NCBI GenBank assembly: GCA_964417685.1
Contig: CAYQIT010000001.1
Location: forward strand, 81,157-145,156
DNA: 64,000 nt
Direction: 5' to 3'
Source: an uncultured Gammaproteobacteria bacterium
GTDB lineage: Bacteria > Pseudomonadota > Gammaproteobacteria > Magnimaribacterales > D2472
The position numbers and the translations under genes were made by a program. Below the pieces are notes generated by a model that was given only the letters and a program-made list of their open reading frames with translations, searched no databases and had not been told where the DNA came from. Shown here in pieces: positions 10,920 through 19,645 of the stretch. Positions within the stretch are counted from its first letter, which is position 1; each line of letters opens with the position of its first letter.

Positions 10920-12281
10920 TTATTTTGATGATTTTGATAATCTATTAGCTAAACCAATGTAGCTAGATGGTGTTAGTTTTATAAGTGATTTTTTTGATTT
11001 TGTAGAAATGTCTAAGTTATTAACAAACTCTTTATAGCTCAGTGAATCTAATTTAGAGCCTCTTGATAAATCTTTAAGTTGTTCATATGCATCAGGAATA
11101 CCTTCAAAACGCATAATTGTTTGAACAGCTTCAGCCAGAACCTCCCAATTATCATTTAATTCAATTTGAATAAAATCTAAGTTTGGATCTATCTTATTCA
11201 TACCCTTAAAAATAGATTTTATTGAAAGTATAGAATAGCCGAAACCAAGACCAACATTTCTTAGAACGGTTGAATCTGATAAATCTCTTTGATGTCTGGA
11301 TTTTGTGAGTTTGTTTGCAAAAAATTCAAGTAGAGAATTTGAAATACCTAAATTACCTTCACCATTTTCAAAATCTATAGGATTAACTTTATGGGGCATT
11401 GTTGAAGAACCAACCTCATTTTTTAAAAGTTTTAATTTAAAAATCTCATTAGAAATATATATCCACATATCTTGACTAAGATCTATGAGGATATTATTAA
11501 TTCTAATGATTGAGTGAGATGTTTCAGCAATCCAATCATGGGGTTCAATTTGTGTAGTATGTGAGTTTTGAGTAACTCCAAAAGATTTTATAAATTTATT
11601 TGTAAAGGTTTGCCAATTTATTTTTGGATCAAGTATAAAAAAAGTATGGTAATTACCTGTAGCTCCAGAAAATTTTGCTAAAGGTTTAATTGATTTCAAA
11701 GTTGCTATTTGTTTAATCAATCGCGTATTAAAAACTGCTAGTTCCTTTCCAATAGTTGATGGAGATGCTGGTTGACCATGAGTTCTAGAAAGAAATGATA
11801 TATCAGACCATTCACGAGCCTTGGTGTTTAAATTTGAGTTTAAATTTTCAATATCAGTAAGATAAATATTAATACCTTTTTTTATCATTACCGCATATGA
11901 AAGAGAATTTATATCTTCACTGGTTAATCCGAAATGAATAAATTGGATATAATTCTTTAAAACACTATCTTTTATAAAGTTATCTCTAATAAAGTATTCA
12001 ACTGCTTTTACATCATGATTAGTGATTGACTCGATTTCTTTAATTTTTGTAACATAATCATCATTAAAATTATTTTTAAATTTTTCAAGTTTGTTAATTG
12101 AGGCATCACTAATCTTTTTAAATAGGTTTGGTTTGTTTGTGCAGAGATATATTATCCAATCTATTTCAATTTCAAATCGAATTTTTATTAAAGCGAATTC
12201 TGAGAAATTAGCTCTAACATTTTCAATTTTAGATGAGTATCTATTATCAAGAGGAGATATGTTATTGAAGTTATTGGTCAT
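10920..12281 (-). CDS. purB: adenylosuccinate lyase
   Basis: Fumarate-lyase signature GSSTMPHKVNP and N-terminal SPLDNRY. Neighbour of mnmA, as in many gammaproteobacteria. Confidence 0.9.
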   Translation of the reverse strand: MTNNFNNISPLDNRYSSKIENVRANFSEFALIKIRFEIEIDWIIYLCTNKPNLFKKISDASINKLEKFKNNFNDDYVTKIKEIESITNHDVKAVEYFIRDNFIKDSVLKNYIQFIHFGLTSEDINSLSYAVMIKKGINIYLTDIENLNSNLNTKAREWSDISFLSRTHGQPASPSTIGKELAVFNTRLIKQIATLKSIKPLAKFSGATGNYHTFFILDPKINWQTFTNKFIKSFGVTQNSHTTQIEPHDWIAETSHSIIRINNILIDLSQDMWIYISNEIFKLKLLKNEVGSSTMPHKVNPIDFENGEGNLGISNSLLEFFANKLTKSRHQRDLSDSTVLRNVGLGFGYSILSIKSIFKGMNKIDPNLDFIQIELNDNWEVLAEAVQTIMRFEGIPDAYEQLKDLSRGSKLDSLSYKEFVNNLDISTKSKKSLIKLTPSSYIGLANRLSKSSK

Positions 12282-12319
12282 AAGTCACTTTATATCAAAC
12301 TTTAAATACAATTAATACA

Positions 12320-13405
12320 TTAAAAAGATTTAGATATAATTCCACCTCCAATACAAATATTTTCATTATAAATAACAGCAGACTGACCAGGTGCAGCGGC
12401 TCTTACAGGCTCATCAAAATCAATAAAATAAACTCCGTTAATATTAGAAAGGTTTGCACTAATAGGTTTTTGAAGGTGCCTAACTTGAACACTGCATTTG
12501 AATGGTAATTGTAAATCCATATCATTTATCTTATGAAGTGAATCAATTTCAATTCTTTTGCTCATTAACAAACTATTATCAACACCTTGGCATACATAAA
12601 TCTCATTATTTGGAATATCTTTTTTATAAACATACCATGGCAGTTCTTTTTTACCTTTAACACCACCTATCATTAGTCCTTGTCTCTGACCTTCTGTATA
12701 GAGCATTGCTCCATTATGTTCACCAATAATATTTCCAAATTCATCTTTAATGTCGCCTGGAGAAAATTTAAGAAACCTACCTAAAAAATCTTTTAAATTT
12801 CTTTCTCCAACAAAACAAATGCCAACTGAGTCTTTCTTGTTTGCTGTAGATAGTCCTAATTCTTTTGCTATTTCTCTTACCTCACTCTTTGATATATCAG
12901 ATAGGGGAAAGATTGTTTTTTTAAACTCATCTTCACTGACTTCATGAAGAAAATACGTCTGATCTTTAGAAAGATCAGATGCTCTGCATAGCATCGTCCT
13001 ATTATCTTTATTACTTATCGACGCATAATGACCAGTTGCAATGTAATCTGCTCCAATTTTAAATGCATAATCTAAAAAAGATTTAAACTTAATTTCTCTA
13101 TTGCATAAGACATCAGGGTTAGGTGTTCTGCCTTTTTCATGTTCTTTAAGAAAATCTTGAAAAACATTGTTCCAATATTCATGAGAAAAATTAGCCCTAT
13201 GTAAAGGTATATCAAGCATATCGCAAACATTTGAAGCATCTTTAAAATCGACCTCAGAAGTACAAACCTCACCAGGTTCATTTTGCCAATTTTGCATAAA
13301 TAAACCTTTAACTTTATAACCATTTTTTTTTAATAGATATGCTGCAACTGATGAATCTACTCCTCCAGACATTCCAACAACTACAGTTTTATTTATATCA
13401 TTCAT
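12320..13405 (-). CDS. mnmA: tRNA 2-thiouridine(34) synthase
   Basis: PP-loop GMSGGVDSSV. Conserved NPDVLCN and ATGHYA segments. Confidence 0.93.
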   Translation of the reverse strand: MNDINKTVVVGMSGGVDSSVAAYLLKKNGYKVKGLFMQNWQNEPGEVCTSEVDFKDASNVCDMLDIPLHRANFSHEYWNNVFQDFLKEHEKGRTPNPDVLCNREIKFKSFLDYAFKIGADYIATGHYASISNKDNRTMLCRASDLSKDQTYFLHEVSEDEFKKTIFPLSDISKSEVREIAKELGLSTANKKDSVGICFVGERNLKDFLGRFLKFSPGDIKDEFGNIIGEHNGAMLYTEGQRQGLMIGGVKGKKELPWYVYKKDIPNNEIYVCQGVDNSLLMSKRIEIDSLHKINDMDLQLPFKCSVQVRHLQKPISANLSNINGVYFIDFDEPVRAAAPGQSAVIYNENICIGGGIISKSF

Positions 13406-13493
13406 AATGCTTGTTAATTCGTTTAATAATGAATATTTTAGGAGTATAATTATCCCCGATTTCGATAAAGAAATCTTAAATACGGGGTAAATA

Positions 13494-14747
13494 ATGTCAT
13501 ACGAAAAAATTCAAATTCCTGAATCAGGAGAAAAGATATCTTACATAGATGGTAATCTTGTTATACCTAACAATCCAATAATTCCATATATTGAAGGTGA
13601 TGGTATTGGATATGACATAACTCCTGCAATGATTAAAGCTGTAGATAGCGCTGTTAAGGTTGCATATCTTGGTGAAAGAAAAATTGAATGGATGGAAGTA
13701 TTTTGTGGAGAAAAATCTACGCAGATATACGGTGAAGATGTTTGGTTGCCTGATGAAACACTTGATGCGTTACGTGAATACGTAGTAAGTATAAAAGGAC
13801 CTTTAACAACACCTGTTGGAGGCGGTATAAGATCCTTAAATGTTTCTTTAAGACAAATCCTTGATCTTTATGTATGTCTTAGACCAATAAGATACTTTGA
13901 TGGTGTGCCATCACCAGTAAAAGAACCTCAAAATGTTGATATGGTAATTTTTAGAGAAAATTCTGAAGACATATATTCTGGCATAGAGTTTCAAGCAAAT
14001 AGTGATGATGCGAATAAACTAGCTGAAATACTAAAGAATGAATTTAAAAGCGATAAAATCAGGTTCCCTGACAATGTCGGTCTTGGCGTTAAACCAATCT
14101 CTTTTGAAGGAACTTCAAGATTGGTTAAATCAGCAATTGATTATGCAATTGATAATGATAGATCATCTGTAACACTAGTTCATAAAGGTAATATTATGAA
14201 GTTTACCGAAGGTGCTTTTAGAGATTGGGGCTATGAAATTGCAAGTACTGAATATGGAGGGGTGGAACTTGATGGTGGTCCATGGCAAATAGTAAAAAAT
14301 CCAAAAACTGGTAATGAGATTATAATTAAAGATGTTATTTGTGATGCTTTTCTACAACAAATTCTTTTGAGACCAAAAGATTATGACGTCATAGCAACCA
14401 TGAACCTTAATGGGGATTATATATCTGACGCTTTAGCAGCATGTGTTGGTGGAATTGGAATTGCTCCAGGCGCAAACCTTTCCGATAAATATGCTGTCTT
14501 TGAAGCTACTCACGGAACCGCACCTAAATATGCAGGTCAAGATAAAGTGAATCCTGGATCATTAATATTATCTGCTGAGATGATGTTAAGACATATGGGA
14601 TGGACTGAAGCTGCAGATCTTATAATCAAATCTATGGAAAGAACAATTGGGGCTAAGAAAGTAACTTATGATTTCGAGAGAATGATGGATGACGCTGATC
14701 TAGTTTCTTGCTCAGGCTTTGCAGATGAGATGATCAAAAGAATGTAA
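13494..14747 (+). CDS. icd: NADP-dependent isocitrate dehydrogenase (dimeric type)
   Basis: Motifs [20 protein letters not shown] and [13 protein letters not shown]. 417 aa. Confidence 0.93.
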   Translation: MSYEKIQIPESGEKISYIDGNLVIPNNPIIPYIEGDGIGYDITPAMIKAVDSAVKVAYLGERKIEWMEVFCGEKSTQIYGEDVWLPDETLDALREYVVSIKGPLTTPVGGGIRSLNVSLRQILDLYVCLRPIRYFDGVPSPVKEPQNVDMVIFRENSEDIYSGIEFQANSDDANKLAEILKNEFKSDKIRFPDNVGLGVKPISFEGTSRLVKSAIDYAIDNDRSSVTLVHKGNIMKFTEGAFRDWGYEIASTEYGGVELDGGPWQIVKNPKTGNEIIIKDVICDAFLQQILLRPKDYDVIATMNLNGDYISDALAACVGGIGIAPGANLSDKYAVFEATHGTAPKYAGQDKVNPGSLILSAEMMLRHMGWTEAADLIIKSMERTIGAKKVTYDFERMMDDADLVSCSGFADEMIKRM

Positions 14748-15082
14748 TGATTAAACTCTTTGCAGATGAAACTGATTCAAATGATTTAGGTGCATCTGTT
14801 TTAGAAAAAGAACCGGAACTTAAAGAACCACCTTTATATCAAGTTATTCTTCTAAATGATGATTACACTCCAATGGAGTTTGTTGTATACGTCCTGCAAT
14901 CTGTATTCAATCATAATCATCAAAAAGCAACTGAAATAATGATGGCTGTACATACTCAAGGCAAGGGTGTTTGTGGTATATTTTCTAAAGAGATTGCAGA
15001 AATGACATCTCATGAGGTAAATGAGCTTGCAAAAAGTCATCATCACCCTCTATTAAGTGAAATTGAACCATTAACTGATTAA
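14747..15082 (+). CDS. clpS: ATP-dependent Clp protease adaptor ClpS
   Basis: PPLYQVILLNDDYTPMEFVV core. It directly precedes clpA. Confidence 0.9.
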   Translation: MIKLFADETDSNDLGASVLEKEPELKEPPLYQVILLNDDYTPMEFVVYVLQSVFNHNHQKATEIMMAVHTQGKGVCGIFSKEIAEMTSHEVNELAKSHHHPLLSEIEPLTD

Positions 15083-15083
15083 T

Positions 15084-17324
15084 ATGTTTAGTAAAGACTT
15101 AGAATTATCTATTGCCGCGCTTTTTGATAAAGCACAAGAATCAAATATTCAATACATTACTGTCGAACATCTATTTCTCATGATTTTAAGTGATTCAGAT
15201 GTTATATCTTGTCTTAAATCACACAATGTAAATATCGATTCACTAAAAAACTCTATTAATGACCATCTTTCAAAAACAACTATTCAAAGATCTGATATAA
15301 AAAAACAAGTACAACCAACTTTAGGATTTCAGCGAGTTCTTCAAAGATCAGTTTTTCATATCCAATCTCAGGGAAAGGGTGTTGTAAAACCAATTAATAT
15401 TTTAGTTGCTATTTTTTCTGAGAAAGAATGTCATTCTGTATACCTGTTAAATAAAAATAGTTTATCTAGACTTGATGTGGTGTCATTTTTATCACATGGT
15501 CCTAAAGATATTAGTGAAACTGATAAAGTAGAAGAGGGTGAAGAATCTCTAGAAAACTCTCAACAAACATCAGAATCAAACTATTTAATCAATTTAAATA
15601 ATCTAGCAATAGAAAATAAAATTGATACATTGGTGGGTCGACAGAGTGAAGTGGAAAGGATGATTCAAATCCTATCTAGAAGAACTAAAAATAACCCATT
15701 GCTGGTTGGTGAATCGGGTGTAGGTAAAACAGCTATTGCTGAAGGTATTGCAAAACTTATAACAACTGGTGAGGTACCTGACATAATAAAAAATACTACT
15801 GTATATGCATTAGATATTGCAGCTCTTATTGCTGGAACTAAATATAGAGGTGATTTTGAAAAAAGATTAAAAAACGTTTTATCGTTTTTAAAAAAACAAA
15901 ATAATCCAATATTATTTATAGATGAAATACATACGATAATTGGTGCCGGATCAGCTTCCGGAGGTTCAATGGATGTTTCTAATCTTATTAAACCTGCTCT
16001 ATCTAGAGGAGATCTAAGATGTATTGGATCGACGACTTTTCAGGAATACAGGGGCATATTTAATCAGAATCAAGCTCTATCAAGGCGTTTTCAAAAGATT
16101 GATGTTAATGAACCATCAATTGATGAATGTTTAGAAATTATTTCTGGAATTAAACCAATTTATGAAACATATCATAACGTTGAGTTTTCATTAGAGGCTA
16201 TAAAAACTGCTATTGAATTATCTGCAAAGTATATGACTGATAGATTTTTACCAGATAAAGCCATTGATGTAATTGATGAGACCGGATCAATGATTAATGT
16301 AAACAGGTCTTCAAATAAGAAGATTAAGATTAAGAAAAAAGATATTGAAGCAACTATATCTAAAATTACAAAGATACCGGAACAGAGTATCTCATCATCT
16401 GATAAAAAGAATCTTAAAGCCATTGAATCAAATCTTAAACGAGTTATTTTCGGACAAGATCATGCCGTTGAAACACTTTCTAATGCTATTAAATTATCTA
16501 GAGTAGGGCTTAGAGACGATAATAAAACCATTGGATCATTTTTATTTACTGGGCCAACTGGAGTTGGTAAAACTGAGATAACCAAACAACTTGCTGAAAT
16601 CTTAGGTATAGACCTTATTAGATTTGATATGAGTGAATATATGGAAAGGCATACAGTTTCAAGATTGATAGGCGCGCCTCCAGGTTATGTTGGTTTTGAT
16701 CAAGGAGGTCTTCTTACAGAGGCTGTTGTAAAGTCTCCTAACTCTGTACTTTTGCTTGATGAAATAGAAAAAGCTCATCCTGATATATTTAATATTTTAT
16801 TACAGGTTATGGATGCAGGAGTTCTGACGGATAATAATGGAAGGAAAGCAGATTTTAGAAATATAATTTTAATTATGACAACAAACGTAGGTGCTGAATT
16901 ACTTTCTAAATCCAATATTGGTTTTAATCATAATTCAAATGAAACCGATGCAATGTCAGCATTAAATCGCCTTTTTTCACCAGAATTTAGGAACAGACTT
17001 GATGAAACTATTCAGTTCGATTATTTAGATAGGGCAGTTATATTATCAATAGTTGATAAGTTCCTTATTAAACTTCAAGCTCAGTTAGACAAGAGAAATG
17101 TTGAGATAAATGCCTCATCTAAGGTAATTAATTGGATAGCCAATAATGGTTATGATAAAGAAATGGGAGCAAGGCCAATGGAAAGATTTATTGCAAAAAA
17201 CATTAAAAAACCATTGGTTGATAAGCTACTATTTGGATCTCTTAGAGCTGGAGGGATTATAAAGCTAGATATAAAGAATGATAAGCTGGTCTTTTCGGAT
17301 ACAAAAAAGACCACAAAGGTTTAA
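15084..17324 (+). CDS. clpA: ATP-dependent Clp protease ATP-binding subunit ClpA
   Basis: Two AAA+ modules with Walker A motifs GESGVGKT and GPTGVGKT. 746 aa. Confidence 0.93.
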   Translation: MFSKDLELSIAALFDKAQESNIQYITVEHLFLMILSDSDVISCLKSHNVNIDSLKNSINDHLSKTTIQRSDIKKQVQPTLGFQRVLQRSVFHIQSQGKGVVKPINILVAIFSEKECHSVYLLNKNSLSRLDVVSFLSHGPKDISETDKVEEGEESLENSQQTSESNYLINLNNLAIENKIDTLVGRQSEVERMIQILSRRTKNNPLLVGESGVGKTAIAEGIAKLITTGEVPDIIKNTTVYALDIAALIAGTKYRGDFEKRLKNVLSFLKKQNNPILFIDEIHTIIGAGSASGGSMDVSNLIKPALSRGDLRCIGSTTFQEYRGIFNQNQALSRRFQKIDVNEPSIDECLEIISGIKPIYETYHNVEFSLEAIKTAIELSAKYMTDRFLPDKAIDVIDETGSMINVNRSSNKKIKIKKKDIEATISKITKIPEQSISSSDKKNLKAIESNLKRVIFGQDHAVETLSNAIKLSRVGLRDDNKTIGSFLFTGPTGVGKTEITKQLAEILGIDLIRFDMSEYMERHTVSRLIGAPPGYVGFDQGGLLTEAVVKSPNSVLLLDEIEKAHPDIFNILLQVMDAGVLTDNNGRKADFRNIILIMTTNVGAELLSKSNIGFNHNSNETDAMSALNRLFSPEFRNRLDETIQFDYLDRAVILSIVDKFLIKLQAQLDKRNVEINASSKVINWIANNGYDKEMGARPMERFIAKNIKKPLVDKLLFGSLRAGGIIKLDIKNDKLVFSDTKKTTKV

Positions 17325-17325
17325 A

Positions 17326-17544
17326 TTATCTGCCTCTGAATGTAATTCTTCCTTTTGTTAGGTCATATGGGCTCATTTCAACCTTTACTTTATCTCCAGT
17401 AAGGATTCTTATGTAATGTTTACGCATTTTTCCTGATATATGCGCTTCAATTATATGGCCATTATCCAACTTAACCTTGAATGTTGTATTTGGTAAAGTC
17501 TCTATAACTTCACCCTCAAATTCTAAATTATCTTCTTTTGACAT
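17326..17544 (-). CDS. infA: translation initiation factor IF-1
   Basis: 72 aa. [36 protein letters not shown] is near-canonical IF-1. Confidence 0.95.
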   Translation of the reverse strand: MSKEDNLEFEGEVIETLPNTTFKVKLDNGHIIEAHISGKMRKHYIRILTGDKVKVEMSPYDLTKGRITFRGR

Positions 17545-17629
17545 GGGGCCATTTTAAACTAATTTTGATGTAATAGGTGCTTCATATAGTTATATAATAG
17601 GAAAAATTTACTATTTATAAGGACTTAAA

Positions 17630-18085
17630 ATGATCAAGAACCCTGGAGAAATCACACTGGATGATGCTTTAAATATTTGTAAGGAAGCTCTGAAAAAAGG
17701 CAGAGAATTAGATTTAATGCCACTAACTGTAACAGTTGTTGATGTTGCAGGTGTAATCAGAGCAACAATGGCTGAAGAAGGCTCTGGACTTATAAGATCT
17801 GATATAGCTTATGCTAAAGCATGGACATGTTTAGCATTTAATGTGTCGTCTAATACATTAAGAGATATTTTTGAGGGACAGCCTAGATTAGCTCCAGCAG
17901 TTTCAGCTATGCAAACAATGGCTGGAGGAAAGCTTGTTCCAACACCTGGAGGGATGTTAATCCAAAAAGACGGTAAAAACATTGGGGCTTTAGGTGTAAC
18001 TGGTGATAAATCAGATCAAGATGAACTATGTGCTATAGCTGCTATTGAATCATTGGGTTATATTCCAGGACATAAAGCTAGTTAA
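17630..18085 (+). CDS. GlcG/HbpS-like (DUF336) heme-binding family protein
   Basis: 151 aa. The family-like C-terminus is GALGVTGDKSDQDELCAIAAIESLG. Confidence 0.65.
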   Translation: MIKNPGEITLDDALNICKEALKKGRELDLMPLTVTVVDVAGVIRATMAEEGSGLIRSDIAYAKAWTCLAFNVSSNTLRDIFEGQPRLAPAVSAMQTMAGGKLVPTPGGMLIQKDGKNIGALGVTGDKSDQDELCAIAAIESLGYIPGHKAS

Positions 18086-18087
18086 TT

Positions 18088-18114
18088 ATATATATTATTA
18101 AACATAATATATAT
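18088..18114. repeat. perfect 11-bp AT-only inverted repeat (atatatattat / ataatatatat, 5-nt loop) between convergent genes
   Basis: Read directly from the sequence: arms at 18088-18098 and 18104-18114. It may be a weak bidirectional terminator. Chance occurrence in AT-rich DNA cannot be excluded. Confidence 0.3.
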
Positions 18115-18217
18115 TATGCGAAGTTATATAATAATATTAGATTTATAAATAGCAATACCCTATTTAAATTAATTTAAGAGAACTTTTGATAGTTAAGAGT
18201 CTTAAGGATATAGAAGA

Positions 18218-19576
18218 TTAATCAATAGTTTTAACTTCTATATAGTCTATAAGCAATCTACCCCTATCAGGATCGTTTAGATTAGAGCATTCTAAGTCTT
18301 GGCAGTATTTTGAGTTATTAATATAACCTCCATTAGTACCACCTACTGCAACATTCATTATTAAATAAAATGGTTCATTAAATGGCCAATAGATTCCATT
18401 AATAAAATCCTGTTCTGTTGTGTAATCAATTGAATGAAATGGTTCGTCAAATGTATCTAGATAAAACTCAAGTTTATTAGTTTCCCATTTAAATGTAATG
18501 GAATGAAATTTATCAACAAAATTAACATTTTGTGGAACTGTTTCAATGCCATATTTAAAAATATGATTTTGATAGTCGATTCCATAATGAACTGTAGCTT
18601 GAATTTGATTGTCTTGGTTTGAGTACATGTGTTCCATGATATCTATCTCACCATCTCTAGGCCAAGATGTATCATTATTTTCAAAAGATTGAGGCATCAT
18701 CCAAAAAGCTGGCCAATGACCACTACCCTCCGGAACTTTAAAGCAGACAGTAACTTCTGATCCAGGACTGACATTAAGTTTATTCTTAGTAACTAATTTA
18801 CCTGAAGTGTAATCAAATGTTCCTCCCCATGAACTACAATCATTGGTTGCACAATACGGATCATCAAAAGGGGTCTGACCATTATTTGTATTCCAATATA
18901 TAGGTTGAATCTTTAAATAACCATCCTCTATGAAGGTGTTTTCAGTTGTGCCTGAAGAACTATTACAGTTTTTAGAATACCCATTTTCACAGCTAGTATA
19001 ATATTGCTCTTCATCATTCCCCCAGCCTGGAACCCACTGGCCTCCACTAAAGAATCCATTGCCAGTTTCATAAGAAAAATTATTCGTATCTAGCACGTTA
19101 GAAGTAAAATCTTCTAGCCAATAATCAGACCCATTATTTATCGCCGCTCTACAATATGATGGCTTATCCTGGTCATACGGGTTTCCATTGCCGCTAGTAT
19201 TTTCTGTTACTTCTATAGATACAGATTTTTGTGCACTAGAACCACTAGAATTAGAGCAAACTAATGAATATTCATAAGTACCAACATCTGACATTAATAA
19301 GATGTCAGTGCCGCTTGTAGCTTTTGTTCCATCCCAACTTCCTGATGCAGTGCATGAAGTAGCATATGAAGAAGACCATGATAATGTTATTGAGTTACCT
19401 ACAACAACAGAAGTTAGATCAGCAGTAAATGAATTTATAACAGCTTGATTTGATGTATTGCCTGAGTTACCACTCCCACCACTAGAATTTGATGAAGAAC
19501 CTCCACCACCGCCCCCACCACATGCTGAGATAAAAAAAATAGATGAGAGTAAGCTAACTTTTAGTAGATTTTTCAT
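18218..19576 (-). CDS. lipoprotein with a C-terminal glycoside hydrolase family 16 (laminarinase/beta-glucanase-like) domain
   Basis: Lipobox FFISAC followed by a Gly/Ser-rich linker (GGGGGGSSSNSSGGSGNSG). An Ig-like module follows, then the GH16 catalytic motif DGEIDIMEH (ExDxxE). Confidence 0.8.
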   Translation of the reverse strand: MKNLLKVSLLSSIFFISACGGGGGGGSSSNSSGGSGNSGNTSNQAVINSFTADLTSVVVGNSITLSWSSSYATSCTASGSWDGTKATSGTDILLMSDVGTYEYSLVCSNSSGSSAQKSVSIEVTENTSGNGNPYDQDKPSYCRAAINNGSDYWLEDFTSNVLDTNNFSYETGNGFFSGGQWVPGWGNDEEQYYTSCENGYSKNCNSSSGTTENTFIEDGYLKIQPIYWNTNNGQTPFDDPYCATNDCSSWGGTFDYTSGKLVTKNKLNVSPGSEVTVCFKVPEGSGHWPAFWMMPQSFENNDTSWPRDGEIDIMEHMYSNQDNQIQATVHYGIDYQNHIFKYGIETVPQNVNFVDKFHSITFKWETNKLEFYLDTFDEPFHSIDYTTEQDFINGIYWPFNEPFYLIMNVAVGGTNGGYINNSKYCQDLECSNLNDPDRGRLLIDYIEVKTID

Positions 19577-19645
19577 TGTTGATCACAAATTAAAAGAAAC
19601 AATATAATCTATAGAATATAATAGTCAAATACATAGGAATTAAGA

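Noticed and set aside
19495-19535. C-rich tract (ccaccaccgcccccaccac) in the GH16 gene as a slippage or phase-variation site.
   Set aside because: It encodes the Gly-rich linker after the lipobox. The longest homopolymer is only 5 nt and the repeat units are imperfect.
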